The notes beneath the pieces are model-generated. The model made no database searches and was not told the DNA's origin. It worked only from the letters and a program-made list of their open reading frames with translations. Below are positions 16,069 through 24,430 of a DNA stretch of 35,245 bases, in pieces; position 1 is the stretch's first letter, and every line of letters begins with the position of its first letter. A program made the position numbers and the translations under genes. Source of the stretch: a virus. Taxonomy: Duplodnaviria > Caudoviricetes. The stretch covers positions 1-35,245 of the IMG/VR virus record IMGVR_UViG_3300005573_000201. One strand, 5' to 3'.

Positions 16069-16122
16069 TTAACTCCCCATCACGCCACGCCCCATATAAG
16101 ACGTGGCGGTCTCATTTTTTGA

Positions 16123-16437
16123 TTACTTCTTAGTTCGCTGAGTTGCAGAGATCTCAACCGCATCGATCACGGCTCCCCGTCCGACAATCACTCGACCGTC
16201 CGGAAAGGGTTCGATCTCCGTAAAATCAAGGCTCTTGAGAGTCTCGGAGAAGCGTCCAGTGTCGGCAATCCACGCGGCATCCTCCAGAACAAGCTCATGC
16301 TCTGTCACGGCTACCAGCCTCCCCGTGTCGATCATCGTGACAGTCCGGATGAGGTAGATCGCCCCGATTTTCCAAGGAGAAGTAGAAGGCGAAGAGTTTC
16401 CAAGAAGTTCCTTCAAATCATTTAATGTAAGTTCCAT
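16123..16437 (-). CDS. Sm/SH3-like beta-barrel protein (DUF6948-related)
   Basis: RBS AGGAGG; IGAIYLIRTVTMIDTGRLVAV...LVLEDAAW resembles Sm motif 1 and VIVGRGAVID resembles Sm motif 2. Confidence 0.6.
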   Translation of the reverse strand: MELTLNDLKELLGNSSPSTSPWKIGAIYLIRTVTMIDTGRLVAVTEHELVLEDAAWIADTGRFSETLKSLDFTEIEPFPDGRVIVGRGAVIDAVEISATQRTKK

Positions 16438-16533
16438 TTTTGTTACCCTCCTGATTGTCGTAGTTTTTCCGTGCCGATGCCATGGTGTTCATGCGTCTCC
16501 TTTTCTCCCACTCGTCGCTACCACACGAGTTAT

Positions 16534-16725
16534 TTAGCCGTAGCCTGAGCCGTAGCCGTCGCCGTCGCCGGAGCCGGAGCCGTAGCCTGAGCCGTAGCCG
16601 TCGCCGGAGCCGGAGCCGTAGCCTGAGCCTGAGCCGTAGCCGCCTCCATCGCCGTCGCCGGAGCCGGAGCCGTCGCCGGAGCCGTAGCCGTCGCCGGAGC
16701 CGTAGCCGTAGACTACGCTTCCCAT
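16534..16725 (-). CDS. Gly/Tyr/Ser/Asp low-complexity peptide (63 aa)
   Basis: ATG 16725 overlaps the end of the upstream gene; MGSVVYGYGSGDGYGSGDGSG...GYG built from GGC-TAC/TCC/GAC hexamers. Confidence 0.65.
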   Translation of the reverse strand: MGSVVYGYGSGDGYGSGDGSGSGDGDGGGYGSGSGYGSGSGDGYGSGYGSGSGDGDGYGSGYG

Positions 16726-17000
16726 ACCGGCACCCCTTCGATGCTTTTCCGGGCCTTTTCGGAGACCGGAAGCAGCTCTATCGCCTGTAGCAGAGTTACT
16801 TCCGGTACGGCCACCGGGAACTTGCATGACTTTGGCTTTTTCGTTCCAGACACCGACAGCTCGGACAGAGAGGCCGCACCGTCCCAATACCAAAGTCTCC
16901 GTGCGTCGGTTAATACCACTTCCTGCCCGTCCCGTGATTTGAGAGTCCCTGCAAAAACTCCCGCCGAATAAGTCCGGCAGATGATGTACGATCCGATCAT
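16713..17000 (-). CDS. DUF6948-like Sm/SH3-fold phage protein
   Basis: RBS AAGGAGG + ATG 17000; IICRTYSAGVFAGTL...VVLTDARRLWYWDGAASLSELS; first gene of the leftward operon. Confidence 0.7.
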   Translation of the reverse strand: MIGSYIICRTYSAGVFAGTLKSRDGQEVVLTDARRLWYWDGAASLSELSVSGTKKPKSCKFPVAVPEVTLLQAIELLPVSEKARKSIEGVPVWEA

Positions 17001-17135
17001 CCGTTCCTCCTTGTTTGAGTAGGTAACAAAATCCATTACAAGCCATTCCCTTATCAGCTCCGTCTCCCCGCCGGGTCCCTCCATCCCGACTTTATGGACA
17101 CCTCCCGAGAGGGGGGTGATTGGCTGAACGGGATC

Positions 17136-17164
17136 AATATACAACATTATGTGTCATTGGTCAA
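17136..17164 (-). promoter_or_regulatory. Leftward sigma70 promoter (PL-like)
   Basis: TTGACC (17164-17159), 17 nt spacer, TATATT (17141-17136). Confidence 0.7.
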
Positions 17165-17190
17165 GTAGTGATGCAACCCATAGGAAGAGA

Positions 17191-17219
17191 TTGAATTCCT
17201 GCACAAGTTGTTGTATTGT
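17191..17219 (+). promoter_or_regulatory. Rightward sigma70 promoter (PR-like) for cro
   Basis: TTGAAT, 17 nt spacer, TATTGT. The overlapping CACAAGTTGTTGTA resembles CACATAATGTTGTA in the leftward promoter (shared operator candidate). Confidence 0.55.
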
Positions 17220-17240
17220 TTTTTGCCGGAGGGTGGCATT

Positions 17241-17456
17241 ATGAAAAAAAAGACAATCGACCAGGTCATCGCATTCTTTGGAACCCAATCTGAGCTTGGA
17301 AAAAAGCTTGGAGTGACCCAGCAGTCAATCCGGCATTGGATCACGCGCGGGCATATTCCGATTCGCCGGGCTCTCCAGATCGAGGAGATCAGCGGGGGAA
17401 AGATCAGGCTTAAGGATATTTTGCACCTGACCAACAGGATTTGGAGAAAAGAATAA
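17241..17456 (+). CDS. cro: Cro-like HTH regulator (YdaS/Cro family)
   Basis: ATG 17241 after GGAGGG; FFGTQSELGKKLGVTQQSIRHW...IPIRRALQIEEISGGKI. Confidence 0.85.
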   Translation: MKKKTIDQVIAFFGTQSELGKKLGVTQQSIRHWITRGHIPIRRALQIEEISGGKIRLKDILHLTNRIWRKE

Positions 17457-18256
17457 TGGAAAAACGGATATGTCTTGTGTCCTGTTCAGGAGGAAAGGAT
17501 TCCACCGCTACCCTTCTTCTTGCCCTTGAAAAAATGGAGAATGTTGAGGCAGTTTTTGCGGATACAGGAAATGAGCATCGATTAACCTATGAATATCTCG
17601 ATTATTTGGAACAAAAACTCAAGATTCGTATTCGGAGAATAAAGGCCGATTTTTCAAAGAAGATCGAGCGTCATCATCAATACATAAGATTTTGCACAGA
17701 AGAGTTGAAGATTAAACCATTAACAGAATATGCCTTGTCTCTCGTGGAAAAAGGATGGTTTGTGGAATCATGGCAAGGTGTCAGGGCTGAGGAATCTCCC
17801 AGTCGGGCGAATCTTCCTGAAAGGGAGATGCTAGCGGATGGGATTGAAGCTGTCCGTCCCATCCATAAATGGTCAGTCAAGCAAGTTTTCGATTACCACA
17901 GGGAAAAAGGGATCGAGCCGAATCCTCTCTATAAAATGGGAATGAAACGTGTCGGATGTATGCCTTGCATTCACTCCAGAAAACAGGAACTTGCTGAGAT
18001 TGCATTACGATTCCCGGAAGTGATTGATCGGATCGAATCATGGGAGAAACATGTCGGTCAGGTTTCAAAACGGGATTTTTCTACATTTTTTCCGGCTGAG
18101 GGACACACGAATAAAGAAGCCTATGAATCAGGAAACATTAGAAAAGTTGTTCAATGGGCAAAAGGGGCTGAGCCTGTATTTTTCAAGGATTTTTGGAAAA
18201 GCGAAGAGGACTTGAGTAAAAATTCCTGCTCTTCTGAATACGGGCTTTGTGAGTGA
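17456..18256 (+). CDS. PAPS reductase-family (adenine nucleotide alpha-hydrolase) protein
   Basis: SGGKDS PP-loop, FADTGNE, CTEELKIKP, GVRAEES.SRA, NPLY..GMKRVGCMPC and C-terminal CSSEYGLCE. Confidence 0.85.
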   Translation: MEKRICLVSCSGGKDSTATLLLALEKMENVEAVFADTGNEHRLTYEYLDYLEQKLKIRIRRIKADFSKKIERHHQYIRFCTEELKIKPLTEYALSLVEKGWFVESWQGVRAEESPSRANLPEREMLADGIEAVRPIHKWSVKQVFDYHREKGIEPNPLYKMGMKRVGCMPCIHSRKQELAEIALRFPEVIDRIESWEKHVGQVSKRDFSTFFPAEGHTNKEAYESGNIRKVVQWAKGAEPVFFKDFWKSEEDLSKNSCSSEYGLCE

Positions 18257-18554
18257 CGGCTCCCCGGCGTGAACGCCGGAGCGTTTATCGACTTACGAAG
18301 AGATTGCCGCCCCAATCTCGAATCTATTTTTCTGTTTCACGCTGGATCGTTGAAGATTTTACGAAGAAAACTTCTTTCTTCAACCCGCTATCCTCAATTG
18401 TCAACGAGCGGTACGCTCCTGAGTCTTTTCACCTGCTGGAGCAAGAAAGACTGTAACACATGGAGGAAAGGATGCCAAACAGGAACACGCCTTGCATCTC
18501 CGGGGTGAATCCCGGAGTTTTACGGCGCCTTTCGATAATTTTTCGGAGGTTTAA

Positions 18555-18968
18555 ATGATCCGTTTCTTCATTCCCGGCGATCCGGTCCCGAAGGCCCGAC
18601 CCCGGATGACCCGGAGCGGCCATACATACACCCCGGAAAAGACCCGGACATACGAAAGCAAAATCGGGTTGTTCGGATCCCAGGCCATGTCCGGAAAACC
18701 TCTTCTGGAAGGCCCCATTCGGGTAAACATGATGGTGGTTCTTCCGATACCTGAGAGCTGGAACAAGAAGAAGAAAGCAGAAGCGATTTCATGTCGGTTA
18801 TTGCCAACCGGAAGAAAGGATCTGGACAATTTCATCAAATGCCTGGACGGCCTGAATGGGGTCGTCTGGCACGACGACGGGCAGATTTGCTCGATCTTGG
18901 CAAAAAAGGCTTACGGAGATACGCCGGGGATGTATCTTGAAATCGCGGAGATCGAGGGGGTAAAGTAA
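18555..18968 (+). CDS. rusA: RusA-like Holliday junction resolvase
   Basis: PVPKARPR, YTPEKT and KDLDNFIKCLDGLNGVVWHDDGQI motifs; RBS GGAGGT. Confidence 0.9.
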   Translation: MIRFFIPGDPVPKARPRMTRSGHTYTPEKTRTYESKIGLFGSQAMSGKPLLEGPIRVNMMVVLPIPESWNKKKKAEAISCRLLPTGRKDLDNFIKCLDGLNGVVWHDDGQICSILAKKAYGDTPGMYLEIAEIEGVK

Positions 18969-19147
18969 TCAAAGCTCATCCGCCACGCGCGGAAGGAGTT
19001 ACGAGGCCGCCCTTTGGGGTGGCATCAGCTTAAAATCAATTAAACCTTGGTTTCCGGGTCGGGGGTAACGGCAGGCCAGCCTTGGGATCGTGACCATCCA
19101 CATGATCCCGCCCCCGACATAGAAACCTCTGGATGGAGGTGTCTATT

Positions 19148-19324
19148 ATGCAATCACTGCGCTCACGAAAAATTCCAATTTCAGAACTTCGCTCCATCAT
19201 CAATGACCTGGCTCTCCTGGAACCGGATCTGACCCTTTCCTCGACAATCGATTTCGATTTCCTGAAATTCTTCCACGATCTTGCCATAAAGAGACATTTT
19301 ACTATGCTAGGGGAATCCAAATGA
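19148..19324 (+). CDS. Hypothetical protein (58 aa)
   Basis: RBS GGAGGT + ATG 19148; ATGA coupling to the primase-helicase. Confidence 0.5.
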   Translation: MQSLRSRKIPISELRSIINDLALLEPDLTLSSTIDFDFLKFFHDLAIKRHFTMLGESK

Positions 19325-21093
19325 CCGGGCGGGAGATATCGGAACTTCTCTCCGGAAGAGCTGATGAGATATGCCAATACCTCATTCCGGGAGGAAAGAG
19401 AATTGGTCATGAATACTGCATAGGATCAACCAGCGGAGAACAGGGTCAGAGTCTCAAGGTCCATCTTTCGGGGGGAAAGGCTGGGGTATGGTCAGACTTC
19501 TCGACCGGAGAAAAAGGGGACCTGATTACTCTGTGGATGGCCGTCCGGAACTTGGGGTTCGTGGACGCAATGAGGGAGATCCGGGGATATCTGGGAATTG
19601 CCGAACCTGAATATGCCCGGAAGCCAAAAAAGACGTATGTGAAGCCCAAACCGACAGGATCGGAGATTTCTCCAAAAAGTCCCGTTCTTTCGTGGCTGTC
19701 TTCCCGTGGGCTCAATTCCAATACGATCTCGTCCTTTCAGGTGAAAGAAAAAGACGGAGCGGTGATCTTCCCTTATCTCCGTGACGGTATTCTCTTTCAT
19801 GAGAAATACCGGCTCACAACAAATAAAAAATTCTGGTCATCCACAGAAACAGAGCCAATCCTGTTTGGCTGGCAAGCTCTTCCTGACGATGCCAGATCCT
19901 TGGTGATCTGTGAAGGGGAGATTGACGCAATGTCACTGCATCAGTATGGTTTCCCCGCTCTATCAATCCCCTATGGAGCGGGGGATGGTGGCAAGCTCGA
20001 CTGGATCGACAGCGAATTTGAACGCCTTAGTCTGTTCGAGGAAATCATCCTCTGCATGGATATGGACGAAGCCGGACAGTCTTCCATTCCAGAACTGGTG
20101 AGGCGTCTTGGAAGGGAGCGCTGTAAGGTCGTCAGGCTCCCAAGGAAGGACGCCAATGAGTGTCTTATGGCCGGCATCCCGTCGCTCGATTCATACTTTT
20201 CCTCGGCCATATCCTGTGATCCGGAGGGTTTGCATCCTTCCTCCGAGTTTATCCCGGATGCTCTCGAAATCCTTCTCCGTAAGAGGGACAGGGAAAACGG
20301 ATTCCCTCTTCCGTGGTGCAAAGACTTCGTGATCCGCCCTTCAGAGCTGACAATCTGGAACGGCATCAACGGCCACGGAAAAAGCTCCTTTCTCAACCAC
20401 CTGACCGTTGAATTTCTCTTCAGGAGGGAAAAGGTTCTTTATTGCTCGTTTGAAATGAATCCGGACCGGCTCCTTGTACAGATTCTCCGTCAAATTTGCG
20501 GCGACCAGTCATTCTCGGAAGAGCGGATCCAAAGCCTGTCTTTCGGCATTCTGTCCGGCCTGTACATCTACATCGGGAAGAAGGACCGGTTCGAGGCCAT
20601 CCGGTACGCGATCCGGAGATACGGGGTCACACAAGTCGTGATCGACAACCTGACCCGAATGTCGAAAATGGACGACTACTCCGGCCAACAGGAGATTGTG
20701 GAAAAACTTGCGAATATCAAGGACGAATTGAAGGTCCATATTCACCTCATCACCCATGCCCGGAAAGGCGAATCCGAGTCTCTCAGGCCAGACAAGTTCG
20801 ACGTTCGGGGGGCAGGGCCCATTACCGACATCGCCGACAACGTCGTGACCATCCACCGAAACAAGGAAAAGAAAGATCTCCTTGAGTTGTCCGACGTGGA
20901 ACTGCTCCGGAAGAAGACAACCCGGAAGGATGTTGTCGAGCAGGCCGACGCGAAGCTCTATGTCCAGAAGCAGCGCGTCAACGGATGGGAGGGATCGGCC
21001 AAATTATGGTTCGATCCCGTATCCTGCCAGTTCTCGGATCGATCCGGATTCGAGCCTATTATTTACGACCATCCGGATATGTCAGGATGGTGA
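19321..21093 (+). CDS. Primase-helicase (T7 gp4/Twinkle-like: TOPRIM + SF4 helicase)
   Basis: TOPRIM ICEGEIDAMS and DMDEAG; Walker A GINGHGKS; SFEM, VIDNL, HLITHARK and ITDIADNV. Confidence 0.9.
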   Translation: MTGREISELLSGRADEICQYLIPGGKRIGHEYCIGSTSGEQGQSLKVHLSGGKAGVWSDFSTGEKGDLITLWMAVRNLGFVDAMREIRGYLGIAEPEYARKPKKTYVKPKPTGSEISPKSPVLSWLSSRGLNSNTISSFQVKEKDGAVIFPYLRDGILFHEKYRLTTNKKFWSSTETEPILFGWQALPDDARSLVICEGEIDAMSLHQYGFPALSIPYGAGDGGKLDWIDSEFERLSLFEEIILCMDMDEAGQSSIPELVRRLGRERCKVVRLPRKDANECLMAGIPSLDSYFSSAISCDPEGLHPSSEFIPDALEILLRKRDRENGFPLPWCKDFVIRPSELTIWNGINGHGKSSFLNHLTVEFLFRREKVLYCSFEMNPDRLLVQILRQICGDQSFSEERIQSLSFGILSGLYIYIGKKDRFEAIRYAIRRYGVTQVVIDNLTRMSKMDDYSGQQEIVEKLANIKDELKVHIHLITHARKGESESLRPDKFDVRGAGPITDIADNVVTIHRNKEKKDLLELSDVELLRKKTTRKDVVEQADAKLYVQKQRVNGWEGSAKLWFDPVSCQFSDRSGFEPIIYDHPDMSGW

Positions 21094-21249
21094 AAAATGC
21101 CGGGTGAAGATCGACGGATCTTCCAATTCATCCCGATTGTGTGTTAGGCTGAGAAAAGATGGGTTCCGTTGCGCGACGGCGATCCAAAAGTTTTCGGAGC
21201 CGTTCCTCCGAAAAGCCCATCTTTTTTTTACCCTGAACGGAGGTCAAAA

Positions 21250-22233
21250 ATGAAACATCCATCTTTCCAATTTTATCCATCCGACTGGCTTTCCGATACC
21301 AAACTAAGATCATGTTCCATGGAAGCGCGTGGCCTTGCTATCGATCTTTTTTGCATCATGCACGACCACGATCCCTATGGACACTGCCCGAACTCTATCC
21401 CGACATTAGCCCGACTTCTCAGGGAAGATCCCCGGAAGTTGCGCCGACTTCTCGATGAACTCCTGGTCCATAAAGTGATAAAACAATCCGAAGATCGACC
21501 TGAATTCTTCTATAGTTCCCGAATGATTCGTGACGAAGCCATCAGGGCAAAAAGACGTTCAAATGGAAAGTTGGGGGGGAATCCAAAATTAAAAGTTGAC
21601 CCAACTTCTCCCGAACATCTCCCGAACATCTCGCCAACATCTCGCCAACATCTCGCCAACATCTCGCCAACATCTCCCGAAGATCTGGAGAACATCTTTA
21701 AGACTTCTCCCGAACATCTCGCCGACATCTCCATAACATCTCAACGAACTCGAAGTGAAGAAATAAGGCATGACAATGAGTTAAGCGAAAATGAGGTTAA
21801 CCACTTGGATAACGCATTGTCGAAAGATAGGTTAACCCTTGAGGAAGAATCTTGTACCCCCCCTTCTTCTTCTTCTTCATCTTCATCTTCAAAAAAAAGA
21901 AATAAAACCATTGTCGAAATGCCGGAAGAATCGGCTTTCGACTTGCCGGCACTCTGGAAAGAATTATGTCCGGATCTACCGCAAGTTCGAGAGATCACTC
22001 CAAAACGACGCCAAAAGATCCGGTCCAGGATCAAGGAACATCACTCAATCGATTGGTGGAAGGATCTATTTGCGATGATCAGCGGTATTCCCTTCCTGAA
22101 CGGTGAAAACAAAACAGGATGGAGAGCCAGTTTCGATTGGGTGATTGAAAATCCTGACAACGCAATCAAGGTGCTGGAAGGGAAATACGCATCAAAGGAA
22201 GATCACACCGTGAGTTCCAATTCTGGATGGTAG
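21250..22233 (+). CDS. Phage replication initiator / replisome organizer (lambda O-like architecture)
   Basis: ATG 21250 after GGAGGT; N-terminal PSFQFYPSDWLSD...CSMEARG; central iteron and Ser-rich linker; C-terminal GENKTGWRASFDW...KVLEGKY. Confidence 0.85.
   Translation: MKHPSFQFYPSDWLSDTKLRSCSMEARGLAIDLFCIMHDHDPYGHCPNSIPTLARLLREDPRKLRRLLDELLVHKVIKQSEDRPEFFYSSRMIRDEAIRAKRRSNGKLGGNPKLKVDPTSPEHLPNISPTSRQHLANISPTSPEDLENIFKTSPEHLADISITSQRTRSEEIRHDNELSENEVNHLDNALSKDRLTLEEESCTPPSSSSSSSSSKKRNKTIVEMPEESAFDLPALWKELCPDLPQVREITPKRRQKIRSRIKEHHSIDWWKDLFAMISGIPFLNGENKTGWRASFDWVIENPDNAIKVLEGKYASKEDHTVSSNSGW
21601..21743 (+). repeat. 11-bp tandem repeat array (~13 copies), probable replication iterons
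   Basis: Units of consensus C(C/G)AACATCTC(G/C) with 11-nt period inside the initiator gene; followed by GGTTAACC x2 and a TCTTCT/A-rich tract (~21865-21910). Confidence 0.8.
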
Positions 22234-22327
22234 AGTACAACCAGGATATGCCTCTGGATGAATCAGAAATGGCCCAAGAAACGATTCTAATTGGTAAGGT
22301 GGACCCATGGGTCATATAGGAAAAGAA

Positions 22328-23632
22328 ATGCCCTTTAAAACGCAAAATCGGGGCATTTCCGATGGGATTGAGAAAATACCGAGGGATCCGATGCCGATGC
22401 CGAAACAGATCTTTCCTCCGCCCGACATTCTCCCCAAGGGAGGATTGATCCGTCAGATTGCGGATTATATCCTGGAAACCTCGGTCTATCCTCAGCCCGT
22501 TCTGGCCGTTGCGGCATCGGCAACGTTTGTCGGATGTCTCCTCGGGGGGAAAGTCGCCTCGGAAAGCGATCTCAGGACCAATCTTTATACCGTCGCCCTG
22601 GCTCCGTCCGGATCCGGCAAAGAGCACGCCCATAAAATACTCCGGAAACTTGTTGCGGAATGCGGGCTGGACAGACACCTGGGAGGCGACAATATCGCGT
22701 CGGGAAGCGCGGTTTTTGCCGCCCTGTCCCACGAAAAAAGGCTCTTGTATCTGCTGGATGAGTTTGGCCTGTTCCTGAAGGCGATCCTGGATGGGAAGAA
22801 TCAGCACAAGGCGGAAATCATGAAGAATTTCATGACCGCTTACTCCCGGTCGAACTCTTCATGGCTGGGGACCGATTATGCCAACCCAAAGGAAAATCCG
22901 AGAACGCCAATAATCAATCCCCATTTATGTTTATATGGCATATCCACGCATCAGAATTTTTTCGAGGCTCTTTCTTCCTCGAACGGAGGCGACGGATCAA
23001 TTGCCAGAATGATATTTTTCGATATCGGGGAAAAATCGACCCGACCCCAAAAACAGTCCGGACTTATGTTCCCGGTTCCCTTTTCGCTCGTAGAAAAGAT
23101 AAAAAATTTTTCAACCATAGGCGGAAATTCAGGTTCCAACTCAGGTTCCAACAGGGAGAATGATCCGCTCGTGATGCCCTTCGATCTTGACGTCTATGAA
23201 CAGATTGATAAACTCGATCTTTTTCTGCAATCCCAATGCGCACCGACGGATGTGATGCGCGCGGTGTACAACCGGGAGACCGAGAACACGATCAAGCTTG
23301 CTCTCATTCATGCGGCCTCGATGGGAAATAGGACCGTCGGCATGGAATCCTTCGGCTGGGCATCCTCGATCATGCGATGGTCCACGCAGACGATTATCAC
23401 TCAAATGGAACGGCATGTTTCCGACAATGTGCAGGAGAGGCATGTCAAGATGATTATTCGTCTTATCGGAGACGGCATCACGCGCAACGAATTGACCCGA
23501 AAGACTCAAACGCTGACCCGAAGGGAACGCGATTCGATCCTTGCCGATCTGATTGAATCCGGACAGATCGTGGCGGAAATGAAAGAATCCGATGGGAAAA
23601 AAAGGGCACCACTGGTTTACCTGAAAGCCTGA
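22328..23632 (+). CDS. DUF3987-like P-loop ATPase/helicase (no primase domain visible)
   Basis: RTNLYTVALAPSGSGKE (Walker A), LLYLLDEFG (Walker B), DGSIARM and a C-terminal wHTH (ITRNELTRK...LIESGQI). Start is 22307 or 22328. Confidence 0.75.
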   Translation: MPFKTQNRGISDGIEKIPRDPMPMPKQIFPPPDILPKGGLIRQIADYILETSVYPQPVLAVAASATFVGCLLGGKVASESDLRTNLYTVALAPSGSGKEHAHKILRKLVAECGLDRHLGGDNIASGSAVFAALSHEKRLLYLLDEFGLFLKAILDGKNQHKAEIMKNFMTAYSRSNSSWLGTDYANPKENPRTPIINPHLCLYGISTHQNFFEALSSSNGGDGSIARMIFFDIGEKSTRPQKQSGLMFPVPFSLVEKIKNFSTIGGNSGSNSGSNRENDPLVMPFDLDVYEQIDKLDLFLQSQCAPTDVMRAVYNRETENTIKLALIHAASMGNRTVGMESFGWASSIMRWSTQTIITQMERHVSDNVQERHVKMIIRLIGDGITRNELTRKTQTLTRRERDSILADLIESGQIVAEMKESDGKKRAPLVYLKA

Positions 23633-23686
23633 AAAATTTCTTTTCAATCCGACGCCAAGGGAATATAAAAAATTTCTCACCCATAG

Positions 23687-24430
23687 GTGGAAATTCCGCT
23701 CCTCCGCTACAAGTATGCTATGGAAAGAATCTTCGGATTCGTTCTCTCCTTCTTCTGGGCCCATGTCCGAATCCTCACCAAACATCCCGGCATGAGACCC
23801 TGGGTCTCCTCCTGGATCAGCCGAATCAGAAAGGTCTATGGTCTCGGGAAAGAGCCTGAAAACCGGATCAATAACCTCGATGCTCTTGGGTCGAATCTTG
23901 CCTTCATGAAGCAGGAGGCCGAAAAAGACCTTCACCAGAGCCTTCCTTCCCCGGCCATAAAAGCGGTGAAGAGTCTCACCCGGCACCGGGAGGGGCTCAC
24001 TCTCTTCCTCGATCTCCCGGAGGTCCCTCTCAACAACAATGCGACCGGACGGGATCTCCGGCGCGAGGTCGTGGGGCGAAAGACCTTCCATGGAGCCGGC
24101 TCCCTCTGGTCCGCCAATATCGCCTCCTGGATCACTACGATCTTTGGGCACATGGTCGAAAAACGGGATCAACATTCACACCTCCCTCACCGATTATCTC
24201 ACTGTATGCGCCGCGTTGGGCACGGTCCCCGACAATCTCTCTCCGTGGCTCCCCTGGTCCATGGACTGGGACCGGAAGGCTTTTCTCTCCCGGCCAACGT
24301 CCGACGACACCTCCTGATCCCCTCCCGTTCCCCTGATCGTCCGGTCTCGTTACATTGCCCTCCGAGGAAGGCTTCCCTTGCGTCCTTCGTCTCCCCCCCC
24401 CATATCCCTCCCAGAAGATCGAAAACTTAC
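23687..24430 (+). mobile_element. IS66-family remnant: frameshifted 3' part of the TnpC transposase plus probable right end
   Basis: LTLFLDLPEVPLNNNATGRDLRREVVGRKTFHGAGS, a frameshift near 24145, then TWSKNGINIHTSLTDYL...LSPWLPW* (24317). ...AAACTTAC at 24423-24430 fits a GTAA-type terminus; no tnpA/tnpB or left end. Confidence 0.75.

Noticed and set aside
16083-16120. Hairpin CGCCACG...CGTGGCG as an operon terminator
   Set aside because: The T-run is on the plus-strand side, opposite to the operon direction, and is separated from the stem; the function is unclear.
16482-16790. Plus-strand RS-rich 102-aa ORF
   Set aside because: It is the antisense reading of the GY hexamer gene, runs opposite to the operon direction and has no RBS.
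18253-18508. Short ORFs between the PAPS reductase-like gene and rusA
   Set aside because: No convincing RBS or motif in either frame; left unannotated.
19049-19127. tRNA call for the multi-stem element
   Set aside because: No T-loop GTTCRA, D-loop or CCA/acceptor geometry.
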